DNA from: an uncultured Frankineae bacterium
GTDB lineage: Bacteria; Actinomycetota; Actinomycetes; Mycobacteriales; SCTD01
Reading direction: 5' to 3'
Length of the DNA: 64,000 nucleotides
Assembly: GCA_902805775.1 (NCBI GenBank)
Contig: CADCUB010000131.1
Location: forward strand, 972-64,971
Part shown: piece by piece, positions 7,584 to 15,874 of the stretch
Numbering within the stretch: the stretch's first letter is position 1
How the letters are laid out: the number at the start of each line of letters is the position of its first letter
The notes under the pieces: model-generated
Seen by the model: only the letters and a program-made list of their open reading frames with translations
Told to the model about the DNA's origin: nothing
Database searches by the model: none
Made by a program: the position numbers and the translations under genes

Positions 7584-7973
7584 TCAGGCGAGGTCGAAGA
7601 CCCGGCGCAGACCGGTGAGCGAGAGCAGGCGCAGGACCCGCGGCGAGCAGCCGCGCAGCGTCAGGACGCCGCCGCTGCGCGCGAGGCGCCGGTGGGCCTC
7701 GAGCAGCATCGCCAGCGCGCTGGCGTCGACGAACGGGCAGTCGGTGAGGTCGACGACCAGCCGCAGCGGACGGCGGGCGACGGCCTGGTCGAGCACCTCG
7801 CGGACCCGGGCGACGGTCGAGCCGTCGAGGACGCCGCAGACCGGGACGTGGACGGCTGCGGCGACATCAGCAGCGACGTCGCCCGCGACGGTGGCGGGCC
7901 CGGCGAGCACCCCGGGCAGCGGCCGTTCCTGCGGCGGGACGTCGGTCAGCGGGACGTCGGTCAGCACGGTCAC
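7584..7973 (-). CDS. STAS-domain anti-sigma-factor antagonist
   Basis: C-terminal part of ORF 7584..8123. The GTG at 7973 is preceded by GAGAGGAG. LVVDLTDCPFVDASALAMLL and LTGLRRVFDL are typical SpoIIAA/RsbV features. Confidence 0.75.
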   Translation of the reverse strand: MTVLTDVPLTDVPPQERPLPGVLAGPATVAGDVAADVAAAVHVPVCGVLDGSTVARVREVLDQAVARRPLRLVVDLTDCPFVDASALAMLLEAHRRLARSGGVLTLRGCSPRVLRLLSLTGLRRVFDLA

Positions 7974-8040
7974 GGCGGCTCCTCTCGTCGGCGTTCTCGT
8001 GGGCGTTCTCGTGGGTGGTCGTGTCTCGGGTCGTGTCGCG
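7936..8040. repeat. cluster of short perfect tandem duplications
   Basis: A 15-nt unit repeated twice (7936-7950 and 7951-7965, coding LTDVP twice). A 12-nt unit GGCGTTCTCGTG repeated twice (7990-8001 and 8002-8013). GGTCGTGTC repeated twice with a 12-nt period (8017-8037). Confidence 0.85.
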
Positions 8041-8162
8041 GTGGGGCCCGCCTTCGCGTGGAACCTCGACACGCAGCGCTCCCGGCAGACAGTGCTCCCA
8101 CCAGGTGGCGTTCGTCCAGCCATGTGGTGAAGGTCGTGTGACGGACCGGCCGGCAGCGGGCG

Positions 8163-8585
8163 GTGTCCGGTGCCGTGTCACCGGACCGTCATGCGACGGG
8201 CCCGGGTCTGTCGCACCGGGCGTCGAGGCTCGACGGCGTGTTCACCCTCGTGCTCGACGCCCCGACCCCCGGCGCTGCCCGACTGCGGCTGACCGGCCAC
8301 CTCGACGCCGCCGCCGCCCGCGACGTGCTGCACGCCGCCGCCGATGTCGTGCGGTCCGGCTGCTCGGGCCTGGTGGTCGACCTCGACGCGCTGACCGCGT
8401 GGGACGACGACGCTGCCTTCGCGCTCGTCGGCTGCACGCGCCTGTCGCGCTGGCTGCCCGACGGCGTCGAGGTCGTCGCGCGCACCACCGCCGGCCGGCG
8501 GCTCGCCGCCACGGCGGGGATCTGCGCACAACCCGCCGTTCCGGAGCCGGTCCCTGGGACGATGGCGGCATGCCACGCCTCCTGA
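8163..8585 (+). CDS. STAS-like domain protein
   Basis: ORF 8163..8585 with high GC3. Core sequence is FTLVLD...LRLTGHLDAAAARDVL...GLVVDLDALTAWDDDAAFALVG. The start is GTG at 8163 or 8238. The 3' end overlaps the response-regulator start by 16 nt. Confidence 0.45.
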   Translation: MSGAVSPDRHATGPGLSHRASRLDGVFTLVLDAPTPGAARLRLTGHLDAAAARDVLHAAADVVRSGCSGLVVDLDALTAWDDDAAFALVGCTRLSRWLPDGVEVVARTTAGRRLAATAGICAQPAVPEPVPGTMAACHAS

Positions 8586-9250
8586 TCGTCGAGGACGACG
8601 ACCGCATCCGCCTGTCCCTCAAGCTCGCGCTGGAGGACGAGGGCTACGTCGTCAAGGACGTGCCGACCGCCGAGGAGGGGCTGGCCGAGCAGCGCACCTC
8701 TCCCGCCGACGTGGTCCTGGTCGACCTGATGCTGCCGGGGATGGACGGCTTCGACTGCATCCGCTCCCTGCGCCGGCTGGGCGACGTGCCCGTCGTCGTG
8801 GTGAGCGCCCGCGACGACACCCACGACGTGGTCGCGGCCCTGGAGGCGGGCGCCGACGACTACGTCGTGAAGCCGGTGGCGGTCAAGGAGCTGTCGGCGC
8901 GGCTGCGGGCCCTGCGCCGCCGGGCCAGCGGCAGCGGCGAGGACGCGCCGAAGGTCCGCCGGTTCGGCGAGATCGAGCTGCGGCCCGAGGCGGGCGAGGT
9001 GCTGCTCGGGGACGAGCAGGTCCACCTGACCCGCACGGAGTTCCGCCTGCTGTGCGAGCTGGCCGACCAGAGCGGGCGCGTGCTGTCGCGCCAGCAGCTG
9101 CTCGACCGGGTGTGGGGCTACGACGTCTACGGCGACGAGCGGCTGGTCGACGTGCACGTCGGCCGGCTGCGGCGCAAGGTCGAGCGCGACCCGGCCAACC
9201 CCCAGCACGTCCTGACGGTCCGCGGGCTCGGGTACAAGCTCGCGCCGTGA
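8570..9250 (+). CDS. OmpR-family response regulator
   Basis: An internal ATG at 8570 in ORF 8015..9250. It has a receiver domain (LLIVEDDD...VLVDLMLPGMDG) and a winged-helix domain (LTRTEFRLL...VRGLGYKL). Confidence 0.9.
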   Translation: MPRLLIVEDDDRIRLSLKLALEDEGYVVKDVPTAEEGLAEQRTSPADVVLVDLMLPGMDGFDCIRSLRRLGDVPVVVVSARDDTHDVVAALEAGADDYVVKPVAVKELSARLRALRRRASGSGEDAPKVRRFGEIELRPEAGEVLLGDEQVHLTRTEFRLLCELADQSGRVLSRQQLLDRVWGYDVYGDERLVDVHVGRLRRKVERDPANPQHVLTVRGLGYKLAP

Positions 9251-10611
9251 GCAGGGTCGGCCTGCGGACCCGGGTGACCGCTGTCTTCGCCCTCGGCGCG
9301 CTCGCGCTGTCCGTCGCGCTCGCCGGCGCGACGTACGAGCTGGTGCGCACCTCGCTGCTGCAGGAGCGCGAGCGGGCAGCGGTCCGGGCCGCCACGCTGG
9401 ACGGCGCGCTGGTGCGCCAGGGCCTGTCCGGCGACGAGCCGGACATCTCGCTCGTGCTGCGCAACCTCGAGGCCGGCGACACCCGCCGGCCGCTGGTGCG
9501 CAGCAACGGCGAGTGGTTCTCCCGCACCGCCGACGCCGGCTTCACCGAGACGGTCGGCCCGCAGATGCAGCGGCTCGTCGAGGCCGGCACCCCGGCGGTG
9601 CAGCGGGTGCGGCTGCGCGACGACCCGGTGCTCGTCGTCGGGGTGCCGCTGCTCGACGGCGTCAGCTACTACGAGGTGACCTCCCTGCTGGAGCTGCGGC
9701 GCACCCTGGCCGTGCTCGCCACGGTGCTCGGGCTGGTGGCCCTGGCCACCACGCTCGCCGGGGCGGCTGTGGGGTCCTGGGTGAGCCGGATCGTGCTGCG
9801 GCCGCTCGGCGACGTCGCGCGGGCCGCCGGCGCGATCGCCTCGGGCGACCTGAGCGCCCGCGTCGCGCGCGACTCCGACCCCGACCTCGACACCCTCGCC
9901 GTCGCCTTCAACGCCATGGTCGACGAGGTGTCGGCGCGCTCCGAGGCCGACCGCCGGTTCGCCGCCGACGTCAGCCACGAGCTGCGCTCGCCGCTGCAGA
10001 CGCTGTCGGCGGCGACGTCCGTGCTCGACCGCCGCCGCGGGGAGCTCGACGGTCGCACCGGCGCCGCGGTCGAGCTGATCCGGGCCGAGGTCAGCCGCTT
10101 CGAGCACCTGGTCACCGACCTGCTCGAGCTCGCCAAGACCGACCGGCCGGCCGAGCGGCGACCCACCGACGTGGTCGCGCTGACGCGGTCGGCGGCTGCC
10201 TCCCGGGGGCTCGACCCGGGCGCGGTGGAGGTGTCCGGCACGACGGACCTCGTCGAGCTGGACCCCCGGCGGTTCGAGCAGCTGCTCGTCAACCTGCTCG
10301 ACAACGCCGCCAAGCACGGCGGTGGGGCGGTGCGCGTCGGCCTCGACGTGCGCCCCGACGGCCTGGTGCTCGAGGTCGACGACGAGGGACCGGGGGTGCC
10401 CGCCGACGAGCGCGAGCTGGTCTTCGACCGCTTCGCGAGGGGCCGGGCGGCCAGCGCACGGGGCGGCAGCGAGGGCACCGGCCTCGGCCTGGCGCTGGTC
10501 GCCCAGCACGTGCAGGCCCACCGCGGGACGGTCGACATCGCCGACCGCCCGGGCGGCGGCGCCCGGTTCCGGGTCACCCTGCCCGCGCCGCGGCTCGCGG
10601 TCAGCGCGTGA
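9247..10611 (+). CDS. sensor histidine kinase (HAMP-HisKA-HATPase)
   Basis: The GTG at 9247 overlaps the regulator stop (GTGA). It has two TM segments, an H-box FAADVSHELRSPL and G-boxes DDEGPGV and GTGLGLAL. Confidence 0.9.
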   Translation: MSRVGLRTRVTAVFALGALALSVALAGATYELVRTSLLQERERAAVRAATLDGALVRQGLSGDEPDISLVLRNLEAGDTRRPLVRSNGEWFSRTADAGFTETVGPQMQRLVEAGTPAVQRVRLRDDPVLVVGVPLLDGVSYYEVTSLLELRRTLAVLATVLGLVALATTLAGAAVGSWVSRIVLRPLGDVARAAGAIASGDLSARVARDSDPDLDTLAVAFNAMVDEVSARSEADRRFAADVSHELRSPLQTLSAATSVLDRRRGELDGRTGAAVELIRAEVSRFEHLVTDLLELAKTDRPAERRPTDVVALTRSAAASRGLDPGAVEVSGTTDLVELDPRRFEQLLVNLLDNAAKHGGGAVRVGLDVRPDGLVLEVDDEGPGVPADERELVFDRFARGRAASARGGSEGTGLGLALVAQHVQAHRGTVDIADRPGGGARFRVTLPAPRLAVSA

Positions 10612-11234
10612 GGACGGCCCGGAGCGCGCTGGCCGCGCTCCTCCTGCCCGTGCTCGCCGCAGGGCTGCTGGCCGGGTGCGGCGTCCCCCGTGACGAGGCT
10701 CCCCGCGCCCTCGAGCCGGGCGAGGTGCCGTACGCCTCCCCCCGCGCCACTCCGGTGGAGGAGCCCGAGGGACGAGGGCGCGTGCCGCTGCACTTCGTGC
10801 GCGACGACCTGCTGGTGCTCGCGCCCCGCCCGGTCGACGGCCCCGTCAGCGACGAGGAGATGCTCGGCCTGCTGCTCGGTGGGCCCTCTCCGGAGGAACG
10901 GGAGGACGGGCTGCTGAGCGTCATCCCGCCGACGGTGACGATCGAGGACGTCGAGGTGAGCGGACGCACGGCCGTGGTGACCCTCGGCGGTCCGGAGTCG
11001 GAGGTGCTGCGGCTGCAGCGCCTGGCGTACGGGCAGATCGTCACCACGCTGACGCCGTCCCGGGCGGCGGGGGTGCGCTTCCGGCTCGACGGCGCCGACC
11101 TCGAGGTGCCCCGCGGCGACAACACGCTGACGGCGGCCCCGCTGTCCGCCGACGACTACGCGGCGCTGCTCGGTCCGCCGCCGTCCGCGACGCCGACCGC
11201 AACCGCGACGGCGACCGCTACCGCGGCGGCGTAG
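10608..11234 (+). CDS. GerMN-domain lipoprotein
   Basis: The GTG at 10608 overlaps the kinase stop (GTGA). It has a lipobox LLAGC and a GerMN-like core GLLLGGPSPEERE.GLLSVIP...AVVTLGG...AYGQIVTTL. Confidence 0.7.
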   Translation: MRTARSALAALLLPVLAAGLLAGCGVPRDEAPRALEPGEVPYASPRATPVEEPEGRGRVPLHFVRDDLLVLAPRPVDGPVSDEEMLGLLLGGPSPEEREDGLLSVIPPTVTIEDVEVSGRTAVVTLGGPESEVLRLQRLAYGQIVTTLTPSRAAGVRFRLDGADLEVPRGDNTLTAAPLSADDYAALLGPPPSATPTATATATATAAA

Positions 11235-11243
11235 CGTCGCGCC

Positions 11244-12266
11244 GTGCCCGAGCTGACCCGCGCCGCTGCCGTCCCCGAGCTGCGCGGGCGGCTCGACCCG
11301 CCCGACATCGCGGCGGTGCACGCGCTGGTCGAGCAGGCCACCGCGGCCGACGGCACGGCCCCCCTGTCGGAGCACGTCCTGCTCCACCTGCCGCGCGGCG
11401 GCGACGCCGAGGTCCGCAACCTGCTCGTGCGCGGCGAGCACGGCTCCGTGCTCGCCTACGCCCACCTCGACGTCACCGACGCGGTCGAGGGCTCGAGCGC
11501 CGAGCTGGTGGTCGCGCCGTCGAGCCGGGGGCACGGGTACGGCCGGGCGCTCGTGGGCGCCCTGCTGGAGCACAGCCCCGACGGGCGGCTGCGGCTGTGG
11601 GCGCACGGCGACAGCCCGGCCGCCGCCGGGCTGGCCGCCGCGCTGGGCTTCGACCGCAGCCGGGTGCTGCTGCAGATGCGCCGCTCGCTGGCCACGCCCC
11701 TGCCCGAGCCGGTCCTGCCCGCCGGCATCCGCCTGCGCACCTTCCGTCCGGGGCTCGACGAGCGGGCGTGGATCGAGATCAACAACCGGGCCTTCGCCGG
11801 CCACCCCGACCAGGGCGGCTGGGACGTCGAGGAGGTCCGGGTCCGCGAGCAGGAGCCGTGGTTCGACCCGGCCGGCTTCTTCCTCGCCGAGCGGGAGGTC
11901 GGCGGCGCCGCCCGGCTGGTCGGCTTCCACTGGACGAAGGTGCACGGCGGGCACGGCGCCGACGAGCCGCACGACCACGGCGCGCCGCAGGACCAGTCGG
12001 ACGCCGATGTCCCCCACCACGACCACGACCACGACCACCACGACCACCCGCCCATCGGCGAGGTGTACATCGTCGGGGTCGACCCCTCCGAGCAGGGCCG
12101 CGGCCTCGGGCCGGCGCTCACCCTGGTCGGCCTGCACAGCCTGCGTGACCGCGGTCTGGCCGACGTCCTGCTCTACGTCGACGAGAGCAACACGGCGGCG
12201 GTGCGGACCTACACCCGCCTCGGGTTCGAGCGGCACGCCACCGACGTGATGTACCGGCGCGGCTAG
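11244..12266 (+). CDS. mshD: mycothiol synthase MshD (tandem GNAT domains)
   Basis: 340 aa. Marker motifs are HWTKVH...GEVYIVGVDP..QGRGLG...LYVDESNTAAVRTYTRLGF. It sits next to glnR and pst genes, as I recall for other actinobacteria. Confidence 0.85.
   Translation: MPELTRAAAVPELRGRLDPPDIAAVHALVEQATAADGTAPLSEHVLLHLPRGGDAEVRNLLVRGEHGSVLAYAHLDVTDAVEGSSAELVVAPSSRGHGYGRALVGALLEHSPDGRLRLWAHGDSPAAAGLAAALGFDRSRVLLQMRRSLATPLPEPVLPAGIRLRTFRPGLDERAWIEINNRAFAGHPDQGGWDVEEVRVREQEPWFDPAGFFLAEREVGGAARLVGFHWTKVHGGHGADEPHDHGAPQDQSDADVPHHDHDHDHHDHPPIGEVYIVGVDPSEQGRGLGPALTLVGLHSLRDRGLADVLLYVDESNTAAVRTYTRLGFERHATDVMYRRG
12015..12047 (+). repeat. CAC/GAC hexanucleotide microsatellite inside mshD
   Basis: caccacgaccacgaccacgaccaccacgaccac, encoding HHDHDHDHHDH. 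Confidence 0.9.
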
Positions 12267-12353
12267 CGCCCCCGACGGGGCGGGAAGCGCCGGGCGACCG
12301 TGGTGCCCCGGCGCGGCTAGCGCCCTCCGGCGGGTGCGAAGCGCCGGGCGATC
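12254..12353. repeat. 46-bp imperfect direct repeat, offset 54 bp
   Basis: 12254-12299 versus 12308-12353 share 38 of 46 identities by hand alignment. Copy 1 contains the mshD stop and copy 2 contains the pstA stop. Confidence 0.75.
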
Positions 12354-13390
12354 AGGCGGGCGACCAGGTTGAGCGACAGCACGATCAGCATGAGCACCAG
12401 AGCTGCCGTCCAGGCCCGGTCGAGGGCCGGCTCGGGCCGGGCGCCCGGGGTCACGAAGCTGAAGTAGGCGAACACGGGCAGGGTCGCCATGCGCCCGTCG
12501 AAGGGGTTGAGGTTCAGGCTGGTCGTGGTGCCGACGATCAGCAGCAGGGGGGCCGTCTCCCCGATGACGCGGGCGACCGCGAGCGTGACGCCGGTGCCGA
12601 TGCCGGCGGCTGCGGCCGGCAGGACCACCTTGAGGATGGTCCGCCACTTGGGCACTCCCAGGGCGTACGACGCCTCCCGCAGCTCGGCGGGCACGAGCTT
12701 GAGCATCTCCTCCACCGAGCGCACGACCACCGGCACCATGAGCACCGACAGAGCGACGGCGCCGCCGATGCCGAAGCGGACACCCGGCCCGAAGATCAGG
12801 GCGAACATCGCGTAGGCGAACAGCCCGGCGACGATCGACGGGATGCCGGTCATGACGTCGACCAGGAACGTGACGGCCCGCGCCAGGCGCCCACCGCCGC
12901 CGTACTCCACCAGGTAGATCGCGGTGAGCATGCCGATCGGCACCGAGATCAGGGCGGCCAGCGCGGTGATGATCAGCGTGCCGAGGATGGCGTGCATCGC
13001 TCCGCCGCCCTCGCCGATCACGTTGCGCATGGTCGCGGTGAAGAACTCCACGTCGACCCGGCCGCTGCCGCGCGTGAGCACGGTCCAGATGAGGGACGCC
13101 AGCGGCACCATCGCGGCGACGAACATCGCCGAGACCACGGTCGTCACGGTGCGGTCGGCCGCCCGCCGGGACCCCTCCACCTGGCGGGAGACCAGGTTGA
13201 GCAGCACGGCGAACACGATCGCCGCGAGGATCGTGGTGAGGACGGGACCGCTGCCCAGCACGCCACGCAGGGCGAGGGCGACGGCGACGGCGACCGCCGC
13301 GACCGCGAACGGCACCCAGGGCGGCAGCGGACGGGTGTCGTGCGGCAGCGCCTCGGGCGCGGCGGCCCGCAGGGACGTGGGGGCGGTCAT
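12317..13390 (-). CDS. pstA: phosphate ABC transporter permease PstA
   Basis: The ATG at 13390 overlaps the pstC stop (ATGA). It has the EAA-loop region ELREASYALG..KWRT and multiple TM segments. Confidence 0.9.
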   Translation of the reverse strand: MTAPTSLRAAAPEALPHDTRPLPPWVPFAVAAVAVAVALALRGVLGSGPVLTTILAAIVFAVLLNLVSRQVEGSRRAADRTVTTVVSAMFVAAMVPLASLIWTVLTRGSGRVDVEFFTATMRNVIGEGGGAMHAILGTLIITALAALISVPIGMLTAIYLVEYGGGGRLARAVTFLVDVMTGIPSIVAGLFAYAMFALIFGPGVRFGIGGAVALSVLMVPVVVRSVEEMLKLVPAELREASYALGVPKWRTILKVVLPAAAAGIGTGVTLAVARVIGETAPLLLIVGTTTSLNLNPFDGRMATLPVFAYFSFVTPGARPEPALDRAWTAALVLMLIVLSLNLVARLIARRFAPAGGR

Positions 13391-14388
13391 CCGGAGGCTC
13401 CGTCGAACTCGGCGCGGCGCGCGACCACCGCACGGGCCGCGAAGTTGATGGCGAAGGTGAGCACGAACAGCACCAGACCGGTGGCGATCAGCAGGTTCAC
13501 GTCGAGGCCGGTGGCCTCCGGGAACTGCGCGGCGATGTTCGACGGGATGGTGGGCGGGTTCGCCTGGCCGATGAGGTTGAAGCTGATCCCGCCGGAGGCC
13601 GACAGGACCAGCAGCACGGCGATGGTCTCGCCGAGCGCCCGCCCCAGGCCGAGCATCGCGCCGCCGACGACGCCGGAGCGGCCGTACGGCAGGACCGTCA
13701 TGCGGATCATCTCCCACCGGGTCGCGCCCAGGGCGAGCGCCGCCTCCTCGTGCAGCGACGGTGTCTGCAGGAACACCTCGCGGTTGATCGCCGCCATGAT
13801 CGGCAGGATCATCACGGCGAGCACCACGCCCGCGGTGAGGATCGTGCGGCCGCTGGCCGACACGGGCCCGGTGAAGAAGGGCAGGAAGCCCAGGTTCGCC
13901 TCCAGCCAGCCGTACGTCGGGACGACGTACGGGGCGAGGACGTTCGCGCCCCACAGGCCGTAGATCACGCTCGGGATCGCCGCGAGCAGGTCGGTCAGGT
14001 AGCCCAGCGTGCGCGCCACCCGCCGCGGGGCGTAGTGCGAGATGAACAGCGCGATGCCGATGGCGAGGGGCGTCGCGAACAGCAGCGCGAGCACGGCCGC
14101 GAGCACCGTGCCGAACAGCAGCGGCAGCAGGTAGTCCAGGAACCCGCCCTCGGGCAGGTCCGCCGCGTCGGCGGACAGCACCGGCAGCGACTCCGTGACG
14201 AGGAACAGCGCCACCCCGGCCAGGGTGATCAGGATGAGGACGCCTGCCGACGTCGACAGCCCGGAGAACACCCGGTCGCCCAGCCGCCGGGGCGTCTGCG
14301 AGCGCGCGGCCGGCGCCCGCGGCGGCGGCGGCGCGCCGGCCGGAGCCGGCTCGGGGGTCAGGCCGGTCGTGGGCGTCAGGGAGGTCAC
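13387..14388 (-). CDS. pstC: phosphate ABC transporter permease PstC
   Basis: ORF 13387..14388 with LHEEAALALGATRWEMI and 6 or more hydrophobic segments. Confidence 0.9.
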   Translation of the reverse strand: MTSLTPTTGLTPEPAPAGAPPPPRAPAARSQTPRRLGDRVFSGLSTSAGVLILITLAGVALFLVTESLPVLSADAADLPEGGFLDYLLPLLFGTVLAAVLALLFATPLAIGIALFISHYAPRRVARTLGYLTDLLAAIPSVIYGLWGANVLAPYVVPTYGWLEANLGFLPFFTGPVSASGRTILTAGVVLAVMILPIMAAINREVFLQTPSLHEEAALALGATRWEMIRMTVLPYGRSGVVGGAMLGLGRALGETIAVLLVLSASGGISFNLIGQANPPTIPSNIAAQFPEATGLDVNLLIATGLVLFVLTFAINFAARAVVARRAEFDGASG

Positions 14389-14464
14389 GGTGTCCTCTCG
14401 GGTCGGGCATGCGTCCGGGCGGCCACCGCGAGGGTGGCCGCCCGGGGGGCGCAGGGGAAGTGGA

Positions 14465-15559
14465 TCAGGCGCCGATCTGCTCGATCTGGGCGAGGGCGTC
14501 GGTGCGCAGGGTCTCCGACAGCGGTGCCGAGCCGGCCGACTCGGCGGCGGCCGACTGGCCCTCCTCGGAGGCGGCGTACTCCAGGAAGCCGCGCACCAGG
14601 GCGGCCTCGTCGGCGTCCTCGTAGCTCTTGCAGGCCACGGAGTAGCTCACCAGGACGATCGGGTAGCTGCCGGACTCCGTGGTGTCGCGCGCCAGCTCGA
14701 GGGCCAGGCTGCCCTCGGGGCGACCCTCGACGCGGGGAGAGGCCTCGACGACCGCGGCGGCTGCCTCGGGCGAGTACTCGACGAACTCCTCGCCGACACC
14801 CACGGCGGCGACGCCGAGGTCACCGACCTGGGAGGCGTCGGCGTAGCCCACGGCGCCCTCGGAGGAGGTGATCGTCTGGACGACGCCGGACGTGCCGTTG
14901 CTCGACTCGCCACCGGGGATCGGCCACTCGCCGCTGGGCTCCTCGGTCCAGACGTCGGGGGCCGCGGCGGCGAGGTACTCGGTGAAGTTCTCCGTGGTGC
15001 CCGACTCGTCCGAGCGGTTGACGGGGGTGATCGCCGTCGACGGCAGCTCGGCGTCGGGGTTGTCCTCGGCGATCTCCGGGGCGTCCCAGGTCTTGATCTT
15101 CTGGGCGAAGATGCCGGCGATGACCTCCGGCCGCAGGTTGAGCGTCTCGATGCCCGGCAGGTTGAAGGCGACGGCGATGGGGCTGATGTACAGCGGCACC
15201 TCGACCAGGCCGCCCTCGCCGCAGCGCTCCTCGGCCAGGGCGAGCTCCTCGTCGTCGAGCGCGGCGTCGGATCCGGCGAACGCGGTGCCGCCCTCGAGGA
15301 ACTGCTCGCGGCCACCGCCGGAGCCGACCGCGTCGTAGTTGACGGTCGCCTCCTCGTTGGCGGTCTGGAACCCGGCGATCCAGCCCTGCATGGCCGACTC
15401 CTGCGAGGTCGCGCCGGCGCCGGAGATCGTCCCGCTGAGGCCCTCCTCGGCGCTGCCGCCGTCGGACCCGCCGCCGCCGTCGGAGCCGCCGCAGGCAGCG
15501 AGCGCCAGGGAGCCGGCCGCGAGCGCGGCGGCGAGGCGGCTGGAGCGTTCGAGCTTCAC
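14465..15559 (-). CDS. pstS: phosphate-binding lipoprotein PstS
   Basis: ORF 14465..15559 with a lipobox LALAACGG. SGAGATSQ and NRSDESGTT are typical PstS phosphate-binding motifs. Confidence 0.9.
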   Translation of the reverse strand: MKLERSSRLAAALAAGSLALAACGGSDGGGGSDGGSAEEGLSGTISGAGATSQESAMQGWIAGFQTANEEATVNYDAVGSGGGREQFLEGGTAFAGSDAALDDEELALAEERCGEGGLVEVPLYISPIAVAFNLPGIETLNLRPEVIAGIFAQKIKTWDAPEIAEDNPDAELPSTAITPVNRSDESGTTENFTEYLAAAAPDVWTEEPSGEWPIPGGESSNGTSGVVQTITSSEGAVGYADASQVGDLGVAAVGVGEEFVEYSPEAAAAVVEASPRVEGRPEGSLALELARDTTESGSYPIVLVSYSVACKSYEDADEAALVRGFLEYAASEEGQSAAAESAGSAPLSETLRTDALAQIEQIGA

Positions 15560-15637
15560 AGGTTCCCCTTCGGGTGAGCGTCGTGGAGATGGGCGCGCCG
15601 CAGCGGCGCACCGTCGACGAGGAAGGTAGGGAGCCCA

Positions 15638-15681
15638 GGTGAAGCACCGGACGGCCCGAGGTGAACAACAGGCGAACGGCG
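15638..15681 (-). promoter_or_regulatory. PHO-box-like array (four 11-nt direct repeat units) upstream of pstS
   Basis: The pstS-sense strand reads GTTCGCC, GTTCACC, (GCCGTCC) and CTTCACC at an exact 11-nt spacing, 79-122 nt upstream of the pstS start. The Streptomyces PhoP core is GTTCACC. Confidence 0.5.
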
Positions 15682-15759
15682 GCAGGCGTGCTGGTCCACG
15701 GGCTGCGCGGCGTGACGAGATGGAGACTCAGCGCTTCCAGGCCGCTCTCCGGCCACGTC

Positions 15760-15783
15760 GTGGACACCTGGTGTACACCTGGC
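15760..15783 (+). promoter_or_regulatory. tandem 11-nt repeat (PHO-box-like) upstream of pstB
   Basis: GTGGACACCTG followed by GTGTACACCTG. The cores GGACACC and GTACACC lie 92-115 nt upstream of the pstB start. Confidence 0.4.
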
Positions 15784-15874
15784 GGTCCGTCCGGCGTCGA
15801 CCGCAGCACGTACCGTCGAGGAGCGTCGACCTGAGCGTGCCCACGCGGGCCGCCTCGACCCAGAAGGGGACGCC

